64,000 bases of DNA. Origin: a virus. The stretch covers positions 3,299 to 67,298 of the IMG/VR virus record IMGVR_UViG_3300025151_000031. The stretch is one strand, 5' to 3'. Below the pieces are notes generated by a model. It made no database searches. It was not told where the DNA came from and saw only the letters and a list, made by a program, of their open reading frames with translations. Shown here piece after piece: positions 28,806 to 36,637 of the stretch. A program made the position numbers and the translations under genes. How positions within the stretch are numbered: position 1 is the stretch's first letter; each line of letters begins with the position of its first letter.

Positions 28806-30707
28806 TTATTTTTGCCAGGTTTCAGATATATGTGTATCTGCTTTTAATAAACCATTAGTTACTATTACTTGAGCTGCTTCTTCCATTAGCTCAGTCATTT
28901 TAATTTTCCATTCATCTGCATAATCTGCTTTACAAATAGTATCAATTTGATCATGTACAGTCATTACTAGTTTAACAGGTATTTCATTGTCTCTAATATA
29001 ATCATGCATTAATACTAAAGCACACTTAGTCATATCTGCACTTGCGCCTTGAATAGGAGTATTCTTAGACGCACGTTCAATACTACCAAGTTCCATACTT
29101 GCTGATCTATGATTCCATATTTTGTCATACCATTTATCAAACCATCTTTTTCTATTATAAGGTGGAAACGTTTTAATATATCCAAATCGTTTTCCAAATC
29201 CTCCTAATTTAGTTAAGAACCCACCTATGGCTGGGAAAGCTGCAAAGTATTTACTAATTAAATCTTTTGCATCTTGCATTGATATATTCAATGTGTCGGC
29301 CAATTTGTGTGGCCCCATACCATAGGCTAAGCCAAAGTTTATAGCTTTGACATTGGTTCTTAATTTAGAGTGCTTAGGACAATTGCATTTAGATTTGTTG
29401 ACAATATAAGAACAACCATCTTCAGCACTCTTTGACCATTTATCACCATATACAAGTTCAGCACATACACTATGTAAGTCTTGTCCTTGTTCTAACGCTT
29501 CTATCCATACAGGATCTTTAGAACCAAATGCAATAACATTTAATTCTTGGCTAGAATAATCAGAGCTTACAAATACCCAACCTTCTGGTGCTACAAAACA
29601 ATTTCTAAATGTATTATTAGCAGGAATTTGTTGCATATTAGGATCACTAGAACTAATACGACCAGTATCTAATATTTGATGAAAGTTAGTGTGAATTTTA
29701 TTATCACTTTTAAAGTATTTAAAGAATGGTTTACCATATGAAGTACATAACTTCATATATTCTTTATATTTAATATACTTCTTAACTAACCCATAAGAAG
29801 CATATTTATATAATTCTTTACCATTCACATTTTCAAGATTTGGAATAATAACTTTAAATACAGCTAATACTTGTTTAGGTGAATCCCAATTCACACCAAC
29901 TTTTCTCAATTCTTTTTGATTAGTAAATAAGTCTCCTTGTATCCATTTTAATACAAAGTCTTGTAATCTAGGATCATTAAGTATTATATTATCTAATTCA
30001 ACATAATAATCTTTTGATTTATCTTCATTCAATTTACTTATTTCTAACCATTTTTCTCTATCTAGATCTAATCCATTATATTCTATTTCAGCTAATGCTA
30101 ATACTGCTTTATTTTCTAAATCTACTACATTAGTTAATAGTTCTTGTTTTATCTGTTTTAATTGTTTTTTTCTTATTTTACATAAATATTCTACATCTTT
30201 GGCACCATAATTTATTTGTGTATAAGTATATGGTTTACCTTCTAATTTAATAAATTGATTTCTTACGCTTTTATCCAATGTTGCATCACAATATTTCTCT
30301 ACTAATGCATCCAATGCATATCTTTTACCTTTTCTTCCGCAATTTAATATTCTTTCTACTAAATATGTATCATAAACATTAGCTAGAGATATATCTGTCC
30401 ATTGCTTAATAAATTTATAATCAAATTTAGCATTTTGTAGTATTTTTATAGTGGTTTCATTTTGTAGTATGTCTTTAAGAGGTTCAATTGATATAACTCT
30501 TGTATCAATAACCCATTGATGATCTTCATCTCCTATTTGAAACATTATCATTTTCTTACAAGTAAAGTCCATTCCTTCTGTTTCAGTATCAACAGCTATT
30601 ACAGTACGCTGTGATAAATATTCTACAGCTTTATCTATATTAGCCCAATCATCTTTAATCCCTTCAAATTTTAAATCTTTATGTCCTATAAAATGTACAT
30701 GTTTCAT
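28806..30707 (-). CDS. polA: Family A DNA polymerase with 3'-5' exonuclease
   Basis: Exo I DTET, Exo II NAKFD, TGRISSSDPNMQQIP, motif A DYSSQEL, motif B KAINFGLAYG, NTPIQGASAD, motif C VHDQI. Confidence 0.95.
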   Translation of the reverse strand: MKHVHFIGHKDLKFEGIKDDWANIDKAVEYLSQRTVIAVDTETEGMDFTCKKMIMFQIGDEDHQWVIDTRVISIEPLKDILQNETTIKILQNAKFDYKFIKQWTDISLANVYDTYLVERILNCGRKGKRYALDALVEKYCDATLDKSVRNQFIKLEGKPYTYTQINYGAKDVEYLCKIRKKQLKQIKQELLTNVVDLENKAVLALAEIEYNGLDLDREKWLEISKLNEDKSKDYYVELDNIILNDPRLQDFVLKWIQGDLFTNQKELRKVGVNWDSPKQVLAVFKVIIPNLENVNGKELYKYASYGLVKKYIKYKEYMKLCTSYGKPFFKYFKSDNKIHTNFHQILDTGRISSSDPNMQQIPANNTFRNCFVAPEGWVFVSSDYSSQELNVIAFGSKDPVWIEALEQGQDLHSVCAELVYGDKWSKSAEDGCSYIVNKSKCNCPKHSKLRTNVKAINFGLAYGMGPHKLADTLNISMQDAKDLISKYFAAFPAIGGFLTKLGGFGKRFGYIKTFPPYNRKRWFDKWYDKIWNHRSASMELGSIERASKNTPIQGASADMTKCALVLMHDYIRDNEIPVKLVMTVHDQIDTICKADYADEWKIKMTELMEEAAQVIVTNGLLKADTHISETWQK

Positions 30708-30937
30708 TACTCAAATTTTTTAAATGCATTTATATTATCTGCTTTTCTAAAGTCTTTTACTAATTCTATTACTGTGTCTGCATAATCAACTGTATAGCTT
30801 TCACCTTGCCACCAAAATGATGTTTTATTATCAGCTAAAGCTTGTTCATATGTAGGCACAAAATCATTGTCAAATGTTCCGTCTTGAATCATTTGACTAA
30901 TCCATTTCATATGTCCCATTACATTAAATTTAATCAT
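30707..30937 (-). CDS. Hypothetical protein
   Basis: 76 aa; stop overlaps the polA start (TAATG). Confidence 0.65.
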   Translation of the reverse strand: MIKFNVMGHMKWISQMIQDGTFDNDFVPTYEQALADNKTSFWWQGESYTVDYADTVIELVKDFRKADNINAFKKFE

Positions 30938-30940
30938 TAG

Positions 30941-30975
30941 AAAAAATAAGGGAGAACTATTAATTCTCCCTTATT
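30941..30975 (-). terminator. Intrinsic terminator-like hairpin just upstream of the polA operon
   Basis: AATAAGGGAGAA (30945-30956) / TTCTCCCTTATT (30964-30975) with a T-run on the minus strand. Confidence 0.65.
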
Positions 30976-31058
30976 ACACACACTTTTACTTGGTTTTTAT
31001 TAGATTACGGAAATGTTATTCAATTATTAATCAATAATATAATAATCTCTTAACCAAG

Positions 31059-31066
31059 CAAATATA
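31059..31066 (-). promoter_or_regulatory. Bacteroidota sigma70 -7 element (TATATTTG)
   Basis: CAAATATA on + equals TAnnTTTG on -, in an AT-rich intergenic gap. Confidence 0.55.
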
Positions 31067-31118
31067 ATAAATTTTATTATAATAAACTAATACTATAATA
31101 AAATATTTTATATTATTT

Positions 31119-31712
31119 TTACATCTCTAACTCATCTTCCAGAACTCCCTGATTTACAGGCACTTCCACTCGTTGAGTATCAGATTCTAATATAGTGTGT
31201 TGAATGATTTGTCCTTTTCTTAATAAAACTACTTGAGTTCTAGAGAAAATATAATCACCATCATGTAAAATGTAATCGCCATCTTTACCTGCTCTTTTAG
31301 CAGCTCTTTCAATGTTAGCGCTTTCCCATTCATTGGCTTCAGTTGATTCTACAATCTGAATTCTAAATGAATGATCAGGCATACTTAATGGCTTTGGATT
31401 TAATATATTAAGATCCATCATTTCACCTCTTTCAGTTTCATACCATTTACCTGCATCACTAAAATCAATACCAAATTGTTTAGACGCATCTGAAGGTTCA
31501 GCAGTTGTCCATGATCTTCTAGCACCAGTACTAAATCTTGAATCACTAGCATTTAATAATGCTAATGCATTCATAGGACGATCTTTTAATTGGATCTTTT
31601 CTGCAAATTCTAATTGTACTTTATTACCACCAGCTACTTTTCTTGCTGATACTAATAAACATTGACCTGGTTGTAGGGTAGCTATTGTACCACTATTAAG
31701 AGTATTTTTCAT
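31119..31712 (-). CDS. Hypothetical protein
   Basis: 197 aa ORF; no family recognised. Confidence 0.7.
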   Translation of the reverse strand: MKNTLNSGTIATLQPGQCLLVSARKVAGGNKVQLEFAEKIQLKDRPMNALALLNASDSRFSTGARRSWTTAEPSDASKQFGIDFSDAGKWYETERGEMMDLNILNPKPLSMPDHSFRIQIVESTEANEWESANIERAAKRAGKDGDYILHDGDYIFSRTQVVLLRKGQIIQHTILESDTQRVEVPVNQGVLEDELEM

Positions 31713-31730
31713 AATATTCTTTTTTTAATG

Positions 31731-32027
31731 TTATTTAATTAATTTTTTGAAATCCTTTCCATTTAATACTAAATGTATGTTTGCTATTTCCTTTTGTATA
31801 CTGCTAAATGGCATTGCTATTGGCCTATTTTGTGCAAATATAACTTTGTTATTAGCTATCCAAGGGCAAATTTCACCTTCCCTTGTTATTGGAGATGTAC
31901 ACTCCTGTATAAATATTAGTGCTTTTAATTGATCACTAAATATCATGGTTTGTACATCACATAATTCTATTTCTTGTGCTGTGTGGTTTCCCAACAAATC
32001 ACATTCATATTTTACTTTGTACATCAT
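31731..32027 (-). CDS. Hypothetical protein
   Basis: 98 aa ORF with TTTTAAAACCACAAA initiation region. Confidence 0.6.
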   Translation of the reverse strand: MMYKVKYECDLLGNHTAQEIELCDVQTMIFSDQLKALIFIQECTSPITREGEICPWIANNKVIFAQNRPIAMPFSSIQKEIANIHLVLNGKDFKKLIK

Positions 32028-32045
32028 TTTGTGGTTTTAAAGTTT

Positions 32046-32222
32046 TTATTTATCTTTCCATAATTTTTCTGTCAATTTATATAAATCAAATAGTTCTTTA
32101 TATAATCCTTGACTTATTTCTACTTGTTTTTCTAATTCCTTTATAATTACTCTTTGTCTGTAAATTATTAAAGCTGACATTATAAGTACAAGTATTGTTA
32201 ATATTGTAATTAATTGTTCCAT
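32046..32222 (-). CDS. Small membrane-anchored coiled-coil protein (58 aa; not in ORF track)
   Basis: MEQLITILTILVLIMSALIIYRQRVIIKELEKQVEISQGLYKELFDLYKLTEKLWKDK; fills a gap on the coding strand. Confidence 0.55.
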   Translation of the reverse strand: MEQLITILTILVLIMSALIIYRQRVIIKELEKQVEISQGLYKELFDLYKLTEKLWKDK

Positions 32223-32368
32223 GGTTCCATTATTTTATTGTGCCAATACCACCATTTATTCTCATTTTTATTCTTCATTGATTGTATTTGCATTTCTATT
32301 GCATAACTAGTTGCTGCTTTCTTCCCTTTCAACAACTTTATTATTTTATAAATTAATTTATCTCTCAT
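32210..32368 (-). CDS. Small hypothetical protein (52 aa; not in ORF track)
   Basis: MRDKLIYKIIKLLKGKKAA...WWYWHNKIMEPWNN; overlaps the next start. Confidence 0.45.
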   Translation of the reverse strand: MRDKLIYKIIKLLKGKKAATSYAIEMQIQSMKNKNENKWWYWHNKIMEPWNN

Positions 32369-32377
32369 AATCTAACA

Positions 32378-32689
32378 TTATAATATTCCTCCATTTTGAT
32401 GATAATAATAGTCAAATGATTCATCATGCTCATCATATTCTTCCATCTTACTCTCAATCCATTCATATAAATGTGATGTTATAGGACATACTTTATATTG
32501 TTTATGTAATAGTATTAATTCTAACTGCTCTAAATTCTTTTCACGATCACTATATATTGCTAATAACCTATTTTTCTTTCTTATCATTTTTAATATATTT
32601 ATCAAATGATTATCATCTAGATCTTTGATAAGTATATTTTTATTGTCTTTTGTTTTCCAATATACTGGAAATTCTATATTTTGTTGCAT
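32378..32689 (-). CDS. Hypothetical protein
   Basis: WKTKDNKNILIKDLDDNHLINIL resembles a motif I recall in small phage proteins; function unknown. Confidence 0.65.
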   Translation of the reverse strand: MQQNIEFPVYWKTKDNKNILIKDLDDNHLINILKMIRKKNRLLAIYSDREKNLEQLELILLHKQYKVCPITSHLYEWIESKMEEYDEHDESFDYYYHQNGGIL

Positions 32690-32695
32690 AACTAT

Positions 32696-32809
32696 TTATT
32701 TTATTCGTTTATTAATCCATTCTTCTATTTGTGTAACAACGTACATTCCTGCTACAAATGCAGCTATTAATGCAAGGGCTATTGCAAACCCATATAATAT
32801 TAAATCCAT
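32696..32809 (-). CDS. Small single-TM peptide (37 aa; not in ORF track)
   Basis: MDLILYGFAIALALIAAFVAGMYVVTQIEEWINKRIK with A-rich initiation region. Confidence 0.55.
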   Translation of the reverse strand: MDLILYGFAIALALIAAFVAGMYVVTQIEEWINKRIK

Positions 32810-32833
32810 ATTTTATTTGTTTTAAAAGTTTAA

Positions 32834-32973
32834 TAATTAATAGTAGTGCCAAGCTTGTTTGTCGGTTATTTTATTTGGCTTTTATTAGGTTCCGCGAGTT
32901 TACCAGGCCTATTGTCCATCTGTTATCTCACCCTAATGTCAAAGTGTTGTGCACACACATCTACTATTGATTA
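32834..32973 (-). ncRNA. Multi-branched structured RNA candidate
   Basis: Closing stem AATAGTAG/CTACTATT; minus-strand arms GTGTG..ACAC, ATTAGG/CCTAAT (inner GTGAG/CTCGC) and GCCAA/TTGGC; GC-richer than the flanks. Confidence 0.5.
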
Positions 32974-33315
32974 AAATTCTTGTTTAAGATTAGTATTTCT
33001 AAGATTTCTAACACTATTATAATACGAAGTATTTGGCTTTGCTTTCCATCTAACATGAGGTACATCATTAACAAAAATCGTAGGTAATATAGAATAACCT
33101 CTTAAAAATGCTGAATTTCCATCATCTTTTACATTATGTTTTTTAAGATAATAGTCTATTTGACTAATAATAGTTTTCTTAGTTACACTACCATCATTAT
33201 AATTTCTTTCAGTATAATCATTATAAATAGGATATGATACTGTATTATATATCTTATTATTTACTTTCTTTACATTCTTTAAATGTATTATTAAGTTTCC
33301 AATTTCTTGTTTCAT
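32971..33315 (-). CDS. Hypothetical protein
   Basis: 114 aa ORF on the early strand. Confidence 0.6.
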   Translation of the reverse strand: MKQEIGNLIIHLKNVKKVNNKIYNTVSYPIYNDYTERNYNDGSVTKKTIISQIDYYLKKHNVKDDGNSAFLRGYSILPTIFVNDVPHVRWKAKPNTSYYNSVRNLRNTNLKQEF

Positions 33316-33346
33316 CTTTATTTTATTTATTTAATTATTAAATTGA

Positions 33347-33378
33347 ATTAGGGTAAGAACTTTATAACTTACCCTAAT
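33347..33378 (-). terminator. 11-bp hairpin (terminator or processing site)
   Basis: ATTAGGGTAAG / CTTACCCTAAT. Confidence 0.5.
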
Positions 33379-33399
33379 CCCTGTGTCATCTATTGCATT

Positions 33400-33612
33400 T
33401 TATAGTTTATCTAAGTGTTTTGCAATGTAATTACTTATGTATCCACCTAAATAGATACATATTAATGAAGCAATGCATATTAACACATCTAAACTAACAT
33501 ATTTGAGGAATAGATAACAACCACCACAAAATAAAGCGATGATTAGTGACATCATACTTATCACTAATAATATTCTAATGGCCATGATCATATAGTTTTT
33601 AATTGTTTTCAT
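33400..33612 (-). CDS. Small two-TM membrane protein
   Basis: 70 aa with two hydrophobic segments. Confidence 0.6.
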   Translation of the reverse strand: MKTIKNYMIMAIRILLVISMMSLIIALFCGGCYLFLKYVSLDVLICIASLICIYLGGYISNYIAKHLDKL

Positions 33613-33635
33613 TTGTTATTGATTTTATGGTTAGT

Positions 33636-33771
33636 ACTCCTGAAAGACTGTCAATCTTTATACCCCATTTTGATTTAGAATTGCGACTTATTGCTACAGG
33701 AGTTAGGTGTGAAGGAGAGTAAGGTTGATCCACATGTTATTTAATGCTTCATTTTCACTTACTCTCGTTCA
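33636..33771 (-). other. Two tandem stem-closed intergenic elements
   Basis: ACTCCTG(33636)/CAGGAGT(33697) and GAGAGTAAG(33715)/CTTACTCTC(33758). Confidence 0.5.
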
Positions 33772-33781
33772 TTATAAATAT

Positions 33782-34180
33782 TTATTCTTCCTTTCCAAAC
33801 ATCTTTTTCTCATGTTCATCCATCTCTGGTTCTTGGAAACCTTCTTCATCAATATCATGATCCATTCCCTTAATGTGATCTGCTATAGCAGCATCTTTTG
33901 CAGCTTTCACATTTTTATCCCAATCTTCTAGATATTTTGTATCATCAAAGCCTTTAATCTCATCCCATTTTAATTCTGGAACAATACCAAGCTCTTCTAA
34001 TTTATCTAGACATCTCTCTAATCCATTCTTTAATCTTTTAATTGCATCTCGATCATAATCATTTATAGTAATGCTATGTTTCATTACATCTAATAGATCT
34101 TTTTGTAATCTAGATTCAGAATATTTCTTATTCTCATCTTTCATTATTTGAATTACTGTATTAACTGTGTTTTTACTCAT
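33782..34180 (-). CDS. Hypothetical acidic helical protein
   Basis: 132 aa ORF with TTTAAAACC-ATG start. Confidence 0.7.
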   Translation of the reverse strand: MSKNTVNTVIQIMKDENKKYSESRLQKDLLDVMKHSITINDYDRDAIKRLKNGLERCLDKLEELGIVPELKWDEIKGFDDTKYLEDWDKNVKAAKDAAIADHIKGMDHDIDEEGFQEPEMDEHEKKMFGKEE

Positions 34181-34301
34181 GGTTTTAAATATTAAATTGT
34201 TTTAATTTGTATGTATTTTGCGTTACATACTTACGCTAAGTGTTATATTATACTATTGATTAAATATATGTACAGTACAATATGTGGCAAAATGTATAGT
34301 A

Positions 34302-34376
34302 TGATGGCTAGTCAGCGTTATCGCAAGCGTAATAATAATTACTGCTTTGTTGTTGCCTTTGCTGACTAGACCATCA
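34302..34376 (-). other. 15-bp inverted repeat (one bulge) enclosing a 44-nt loop
   Basis: TGATGG-CTAGTCAGC / GCTGACTAG-A-CCATCA; inner hairpin GTAAT-AATA-ATTAC. Confidence 0.7.
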
Positions 34377-34392
34377 ATATATATGTCCAAAT

Positions 34393-34419
34393 AAAAAAAG
34401 AGGTGTGTGAACACCTCTT
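34393..34419 (-). terminator. Intrinsic terminator after the first minus-strand gene
   Basis: AAGAGGTGT-GTGA-ACACCTCTT with a T-tract on the minus strand, 9 nt past the stop. Confidence 0.8.
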
Positions 34420-34428
34420 CTAAGGCCG

Positions 34429-34722
34429 TTAGGCTGGAACAATGTCGTGCAGGATCTCTGATCCTTCCACGGCTTTGCCAAATTTAATACCTTGACACGG
34501 AGTGCCAAGTTTAAATGCTTCTTTGATGGCATCGAAGATGTCTTCATTGAAGTCCACTAACTTGAACCAACCCATTTTGGTTGGTGATTGACCATTTGAA
34601 GTTGTGGCTTTGAAGCCATTTACTTCAAATTCTTTGGACGTTAAAGGAACATCGGCAACGACGATTGTGCCTTTGGTCCAATTTATTTTGGTTACGTAAA
34701 GTTTTTTCTGTGTTCTTGACAT
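34429..34722 (-). CDS. Hypothetical protein, first gene of the leftward block
   Basis: 97 aa with its own terminator and more C-ending codons than neighbours. Confidence 0.75.
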   Translation of the reverse strand: MSRTQKKLYVTKINWTKGTIVVADVPLTSKEFEVNGFKATTSNGQSPTKMGWFKLVDFNEDIFDAIKEAFKLGTPCQGIKFGKAVEGSEILHDIVPA

Positions 34723-34906
34723 AGTAAAAAGTTTTTTGATTAATTAATTGATACCTCGGGGTACCTTGAATAACAATTATCGGTAGGGGTGATTCTCTAA
34801 ATACCCTCACACGCTCAAAGATTCTCCACAAAAAAAAATTTTTTTCCCCAAAATTTTTTTAACAATTTATTAACATTGTTTTAATATTAATGTAATATTA
34901 GTTTTT

Positions 34907-34914
34907 TATATTTG
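34907..34914 (+). promoter_or_regulatory. Bacteroidota -7 promoter element TATATTTG
   Basis: TAnnTTTG at the start of the rightward block. Confidence 0.6.
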
Positions 34915-34917
34915 AAT

Positions 34918-34989
34918 ATGAGAATAGATGTAACTCCTTATTTATACATTTTAATACTTTTATTTGTTTATATACTAGGAATTGTTTAA
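34918..34989 (+). CDS. 23-aa hydrophobic peptide, possibly leaderless
   Basis: MRIDVTPYLYILILLFVYILGIV; ATG lies 3 nt after the -7 element. Confidence 0.35.
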   Translation: MRIDVTPYLYILILLFVYILGIV

Positions 34990-34998
34990 TATTGCATA

Positions 34999-35133
34999 AT
35001 GGCAAAATTAAATTCATTTAAATTTTTAGGAAGTAGCAGTAAAAAAAGACCTGGTATTCACGCCAAGTCCAAAACCTCTAAATTAACATCTTCAAAAAAT
35101 TATTTTAAAAAATATAGAGGCCAAGGCAGATAA
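34999..35133 (+). CDS. 44-aa basic peptide ending KKYRGQGR (not in ORF track)
   Basis: MAKLNSFKFLGSSSKKRPGIHAKSKTSKLTSSKNYFKKYRGQGR; I recall the YRGQG(R/K) C-terminus from small proteins of aquatic phages. Confidence 0.75.
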   Translation: MAKLNSFKFLGSSSKKRPGIHAKSKTSKLTSSKNYFKKYRGQGR

Positions 35134-35148
35134 TTTAAATTATTTTAT

Positions 35149-35156
35149 TATATTTG
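35149..35156 (+). promoter_or_regulatory. Bacteroidota -7 element TATATTTG preceding the ncRNA candidate
   Basis: TAnnTTTG immediately before the GC-richer noncoding block. Confidence 0.65.
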
Positions 35157-35159
35157 CTG

Positions 35160-35375
35160 CGGAGTCTTAGATCACCCCAGAGGGCGAAAGTAGTTATGGG
35201 GTCAGAAGTTGGGTTTACGAACTAATCTAATTAGTCACGGTTGTCCCCAATAACTCCACAAATTGCTTTGATATAAAACTTAGGTGGGAATCATACTATA
35301 GGCTGACAGAAACGTACCCACGAAGGCTAAAAACGGTAAGTAGAAATTCAAAGTTAAACTATTCCACTAGGGGAG
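35160..35375 (+). ncRNA. Unclassified ~215-nt structured ncRNA candidate
   Basis: No tracked ORF; nested helices AGTTATGGGG/CCCCAATAACT, ACTAAT/ATTAGT, CTTTGA/TCAAAG, ACTTA/TAAGT, GTGGG/CCCAC and a possible end-closing TCTTAG/CTAGGG. Confidence 0.6.
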
Positions 35376-35410
35376 AGGTATATCCAAAAATTAAAAAACT
35401 TTATTTTTTA

Positions 35411-35443
35411 TTTGTTTTTATAAAATTTTTTTTTATAAATTTG
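35411..35443 (+). promoter_or_regulatory. Complete Bacteroidota promoter TTTG-N21-TAAATTTG upstream of groES
   Basis: -33 TTTG at 35411-35414 and -7 TAAATTTG at 35436-35443. Confidence 0.75.
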
Positions 35444-35463
35444 TATAAACTAATTTATACATT

Positions 35464-35739
35464 ATGGCAAAGAAAATAAATTTTAAACCTTATGGAGCAT
35501 GGATGTTGCTCCCAAATCCCGCAAAAAGAAAAACAGATTCTGGTATTATTTTAGATGAAAAGACAGCAGGAGCTATAACTACGAACATTTTAGAAGTTTT
35601 AGCTATGGGACCTGATTGTACTTTCTGTAAAATTGGTGATACTGTAATGGTAGATCCCACAATAGAAGCAAGAGTATTACATTTAGATGAGGGAGAATTT
35701 ATACTAGTAGCAGAATATCAGATATTAGGTAAATTTTAA
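35464..35739 (+). CDS. groES: GroES-like co-chaperonin
   Basis: FKPYG..., mobile loop KTDSGIIL, EVLAMGP...KIGDTV, EYQILG. Confidence 0.85.
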   Translation: MAKKINFKPYGAWMLLPNPAKRKTDSGIILDEKTAGAITTNILEVLAMGPDCTFCKIGDTVMVDPTIEARVLHLDEGEFILVAEYQILGKF

Positions 35740-35742
35740 ATT

Positions 35743-35925
35743 ATGGAAGAGTTATATAAAATTTTAGATATGGTTGATTGGAAGCAAGATTTTTTTAGAG
35801 ATATGTATGGAGATAATATATATGGTATTACAAAAGATGGTACTATTGTATACTCTGACAATAAAAAAATATCTGATCGTGTATATTATACATATTTAAC
35901 AAAAGAAGAGCCTGTTAAGGAATGA
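35743..35925 (+). CDS. Hypothetical protein
   Basis: 60 aa, coupled to neighbours. Confidence 0.55.
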   Translation: MEELYKILDMVDWKQDFFRDMYGDNIYGITKDGTIVYSDNKKISDRVYYTYLTKEEPVKE

Positions 35926-36170
35926 AAGGTACAGTTACCATAAGTCTAGAAGATTTTGAAAAGTTAAAAGATTCCAATACTCAATCTGAAGAGTATAAAT
36001 CTAGAACACTTTATGCAATGAAAGAGATACAAGTATTTCTTTCTTTCTTATGTACAAGGTCTAATATAGAAACACACGTCGAGGAATTTAATAGACAATC
36101 AAAATCTTCTAGAATTAAACTAAAAAATGGAAAAGCAATAATAGAAAGGATAGATGAGAACAAAGTATGA
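35922..36170 (+). CDS. Hypothetical protein
   Basis: 82 aa; ATGA overlap; TVTISLEDFEKLK N-terminus. Confidence 0.65.
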   Translation: MKGTVTISLEDFEKLKDSNTQSEEYKSRTLYAMKEIQVFLSFLCTRSNIETHVEEFNRQSKSSRIKLKNGKAIIERIDENKV

Positions 36171-36345
36171 AACTAATGATTTTGGAGAATTTATGTATAC
36201 ATTAAATGATTTTGAAATAAGTGCTACTTTGTGGAAAGCTGAACATGCATCTTGTACGTGGGATATGAAAGTAGAAATAGGTAAAAACAAATATATAATA
36301 CATTTAAATATAGATGAAGGTAAAAGTAAACGTAAAGGCAAATAG
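36154..36345 (+). CDS. Hypothetical protein
   Basis: 63 aa in an overlapping chain of ORFs. Confidence 0.55.
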   Translation: MRTKYETNDFGEFMYTLNDFEISATLWKAEHASCTWDMKVEIGKNKYIIHLNIDEGKSKRKGK

Positions 36346-36637
36346 TATTTATAAAAGACTGCAAGTATGGAACGGTATATTTGATTTAACAAATAAAGAA
36401 TTAGAAGTATTAGCAGTTTTTATAAAAGTAAATAGTAAAAATAAAAGAAAAAATATGTGCAGTAAAGGTAATAAAGATGAAACTGCAAAAATATTAGAAT
36501 TTGATGATCCTAATACTTTAAATAATTATATAAAAAGATTAAAAGATAAAGGAGCATTTATTTTTAATAAAGGAAATTATGATGTTAATAAACTACTTAA
36601 TCCTAAAATAACTAAAATTGAGATCAATATTATATAA
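36314..36637 (+). CDS. Putative winged-helix DNA-binding protein
   Basis: LTNKELEVL...TAKILEFDDPNTLNNYIKRLKDKGAF...GNYDVN wHTH-like pattern. Confidence 0.6.
   Translation: MKVKVNVKANSIYKRLQVWNGIFDLTNKELEVLAVFIKVNSKNKRKNMCSKGNKDETAKILEFDDPNTLNNYIKRLKDKGAFIFNKGNYDVNKLLNPKITKIEINII

Noticed and set aside
35250-35276. tmRNA-like tag frame (ATAACT then PQIALI-stop) supplied in trans to the mini-TLD
   Set aside because: The resume codon is not GNN, the frame lies within predicted helices, and such a short frame is expected by chance.
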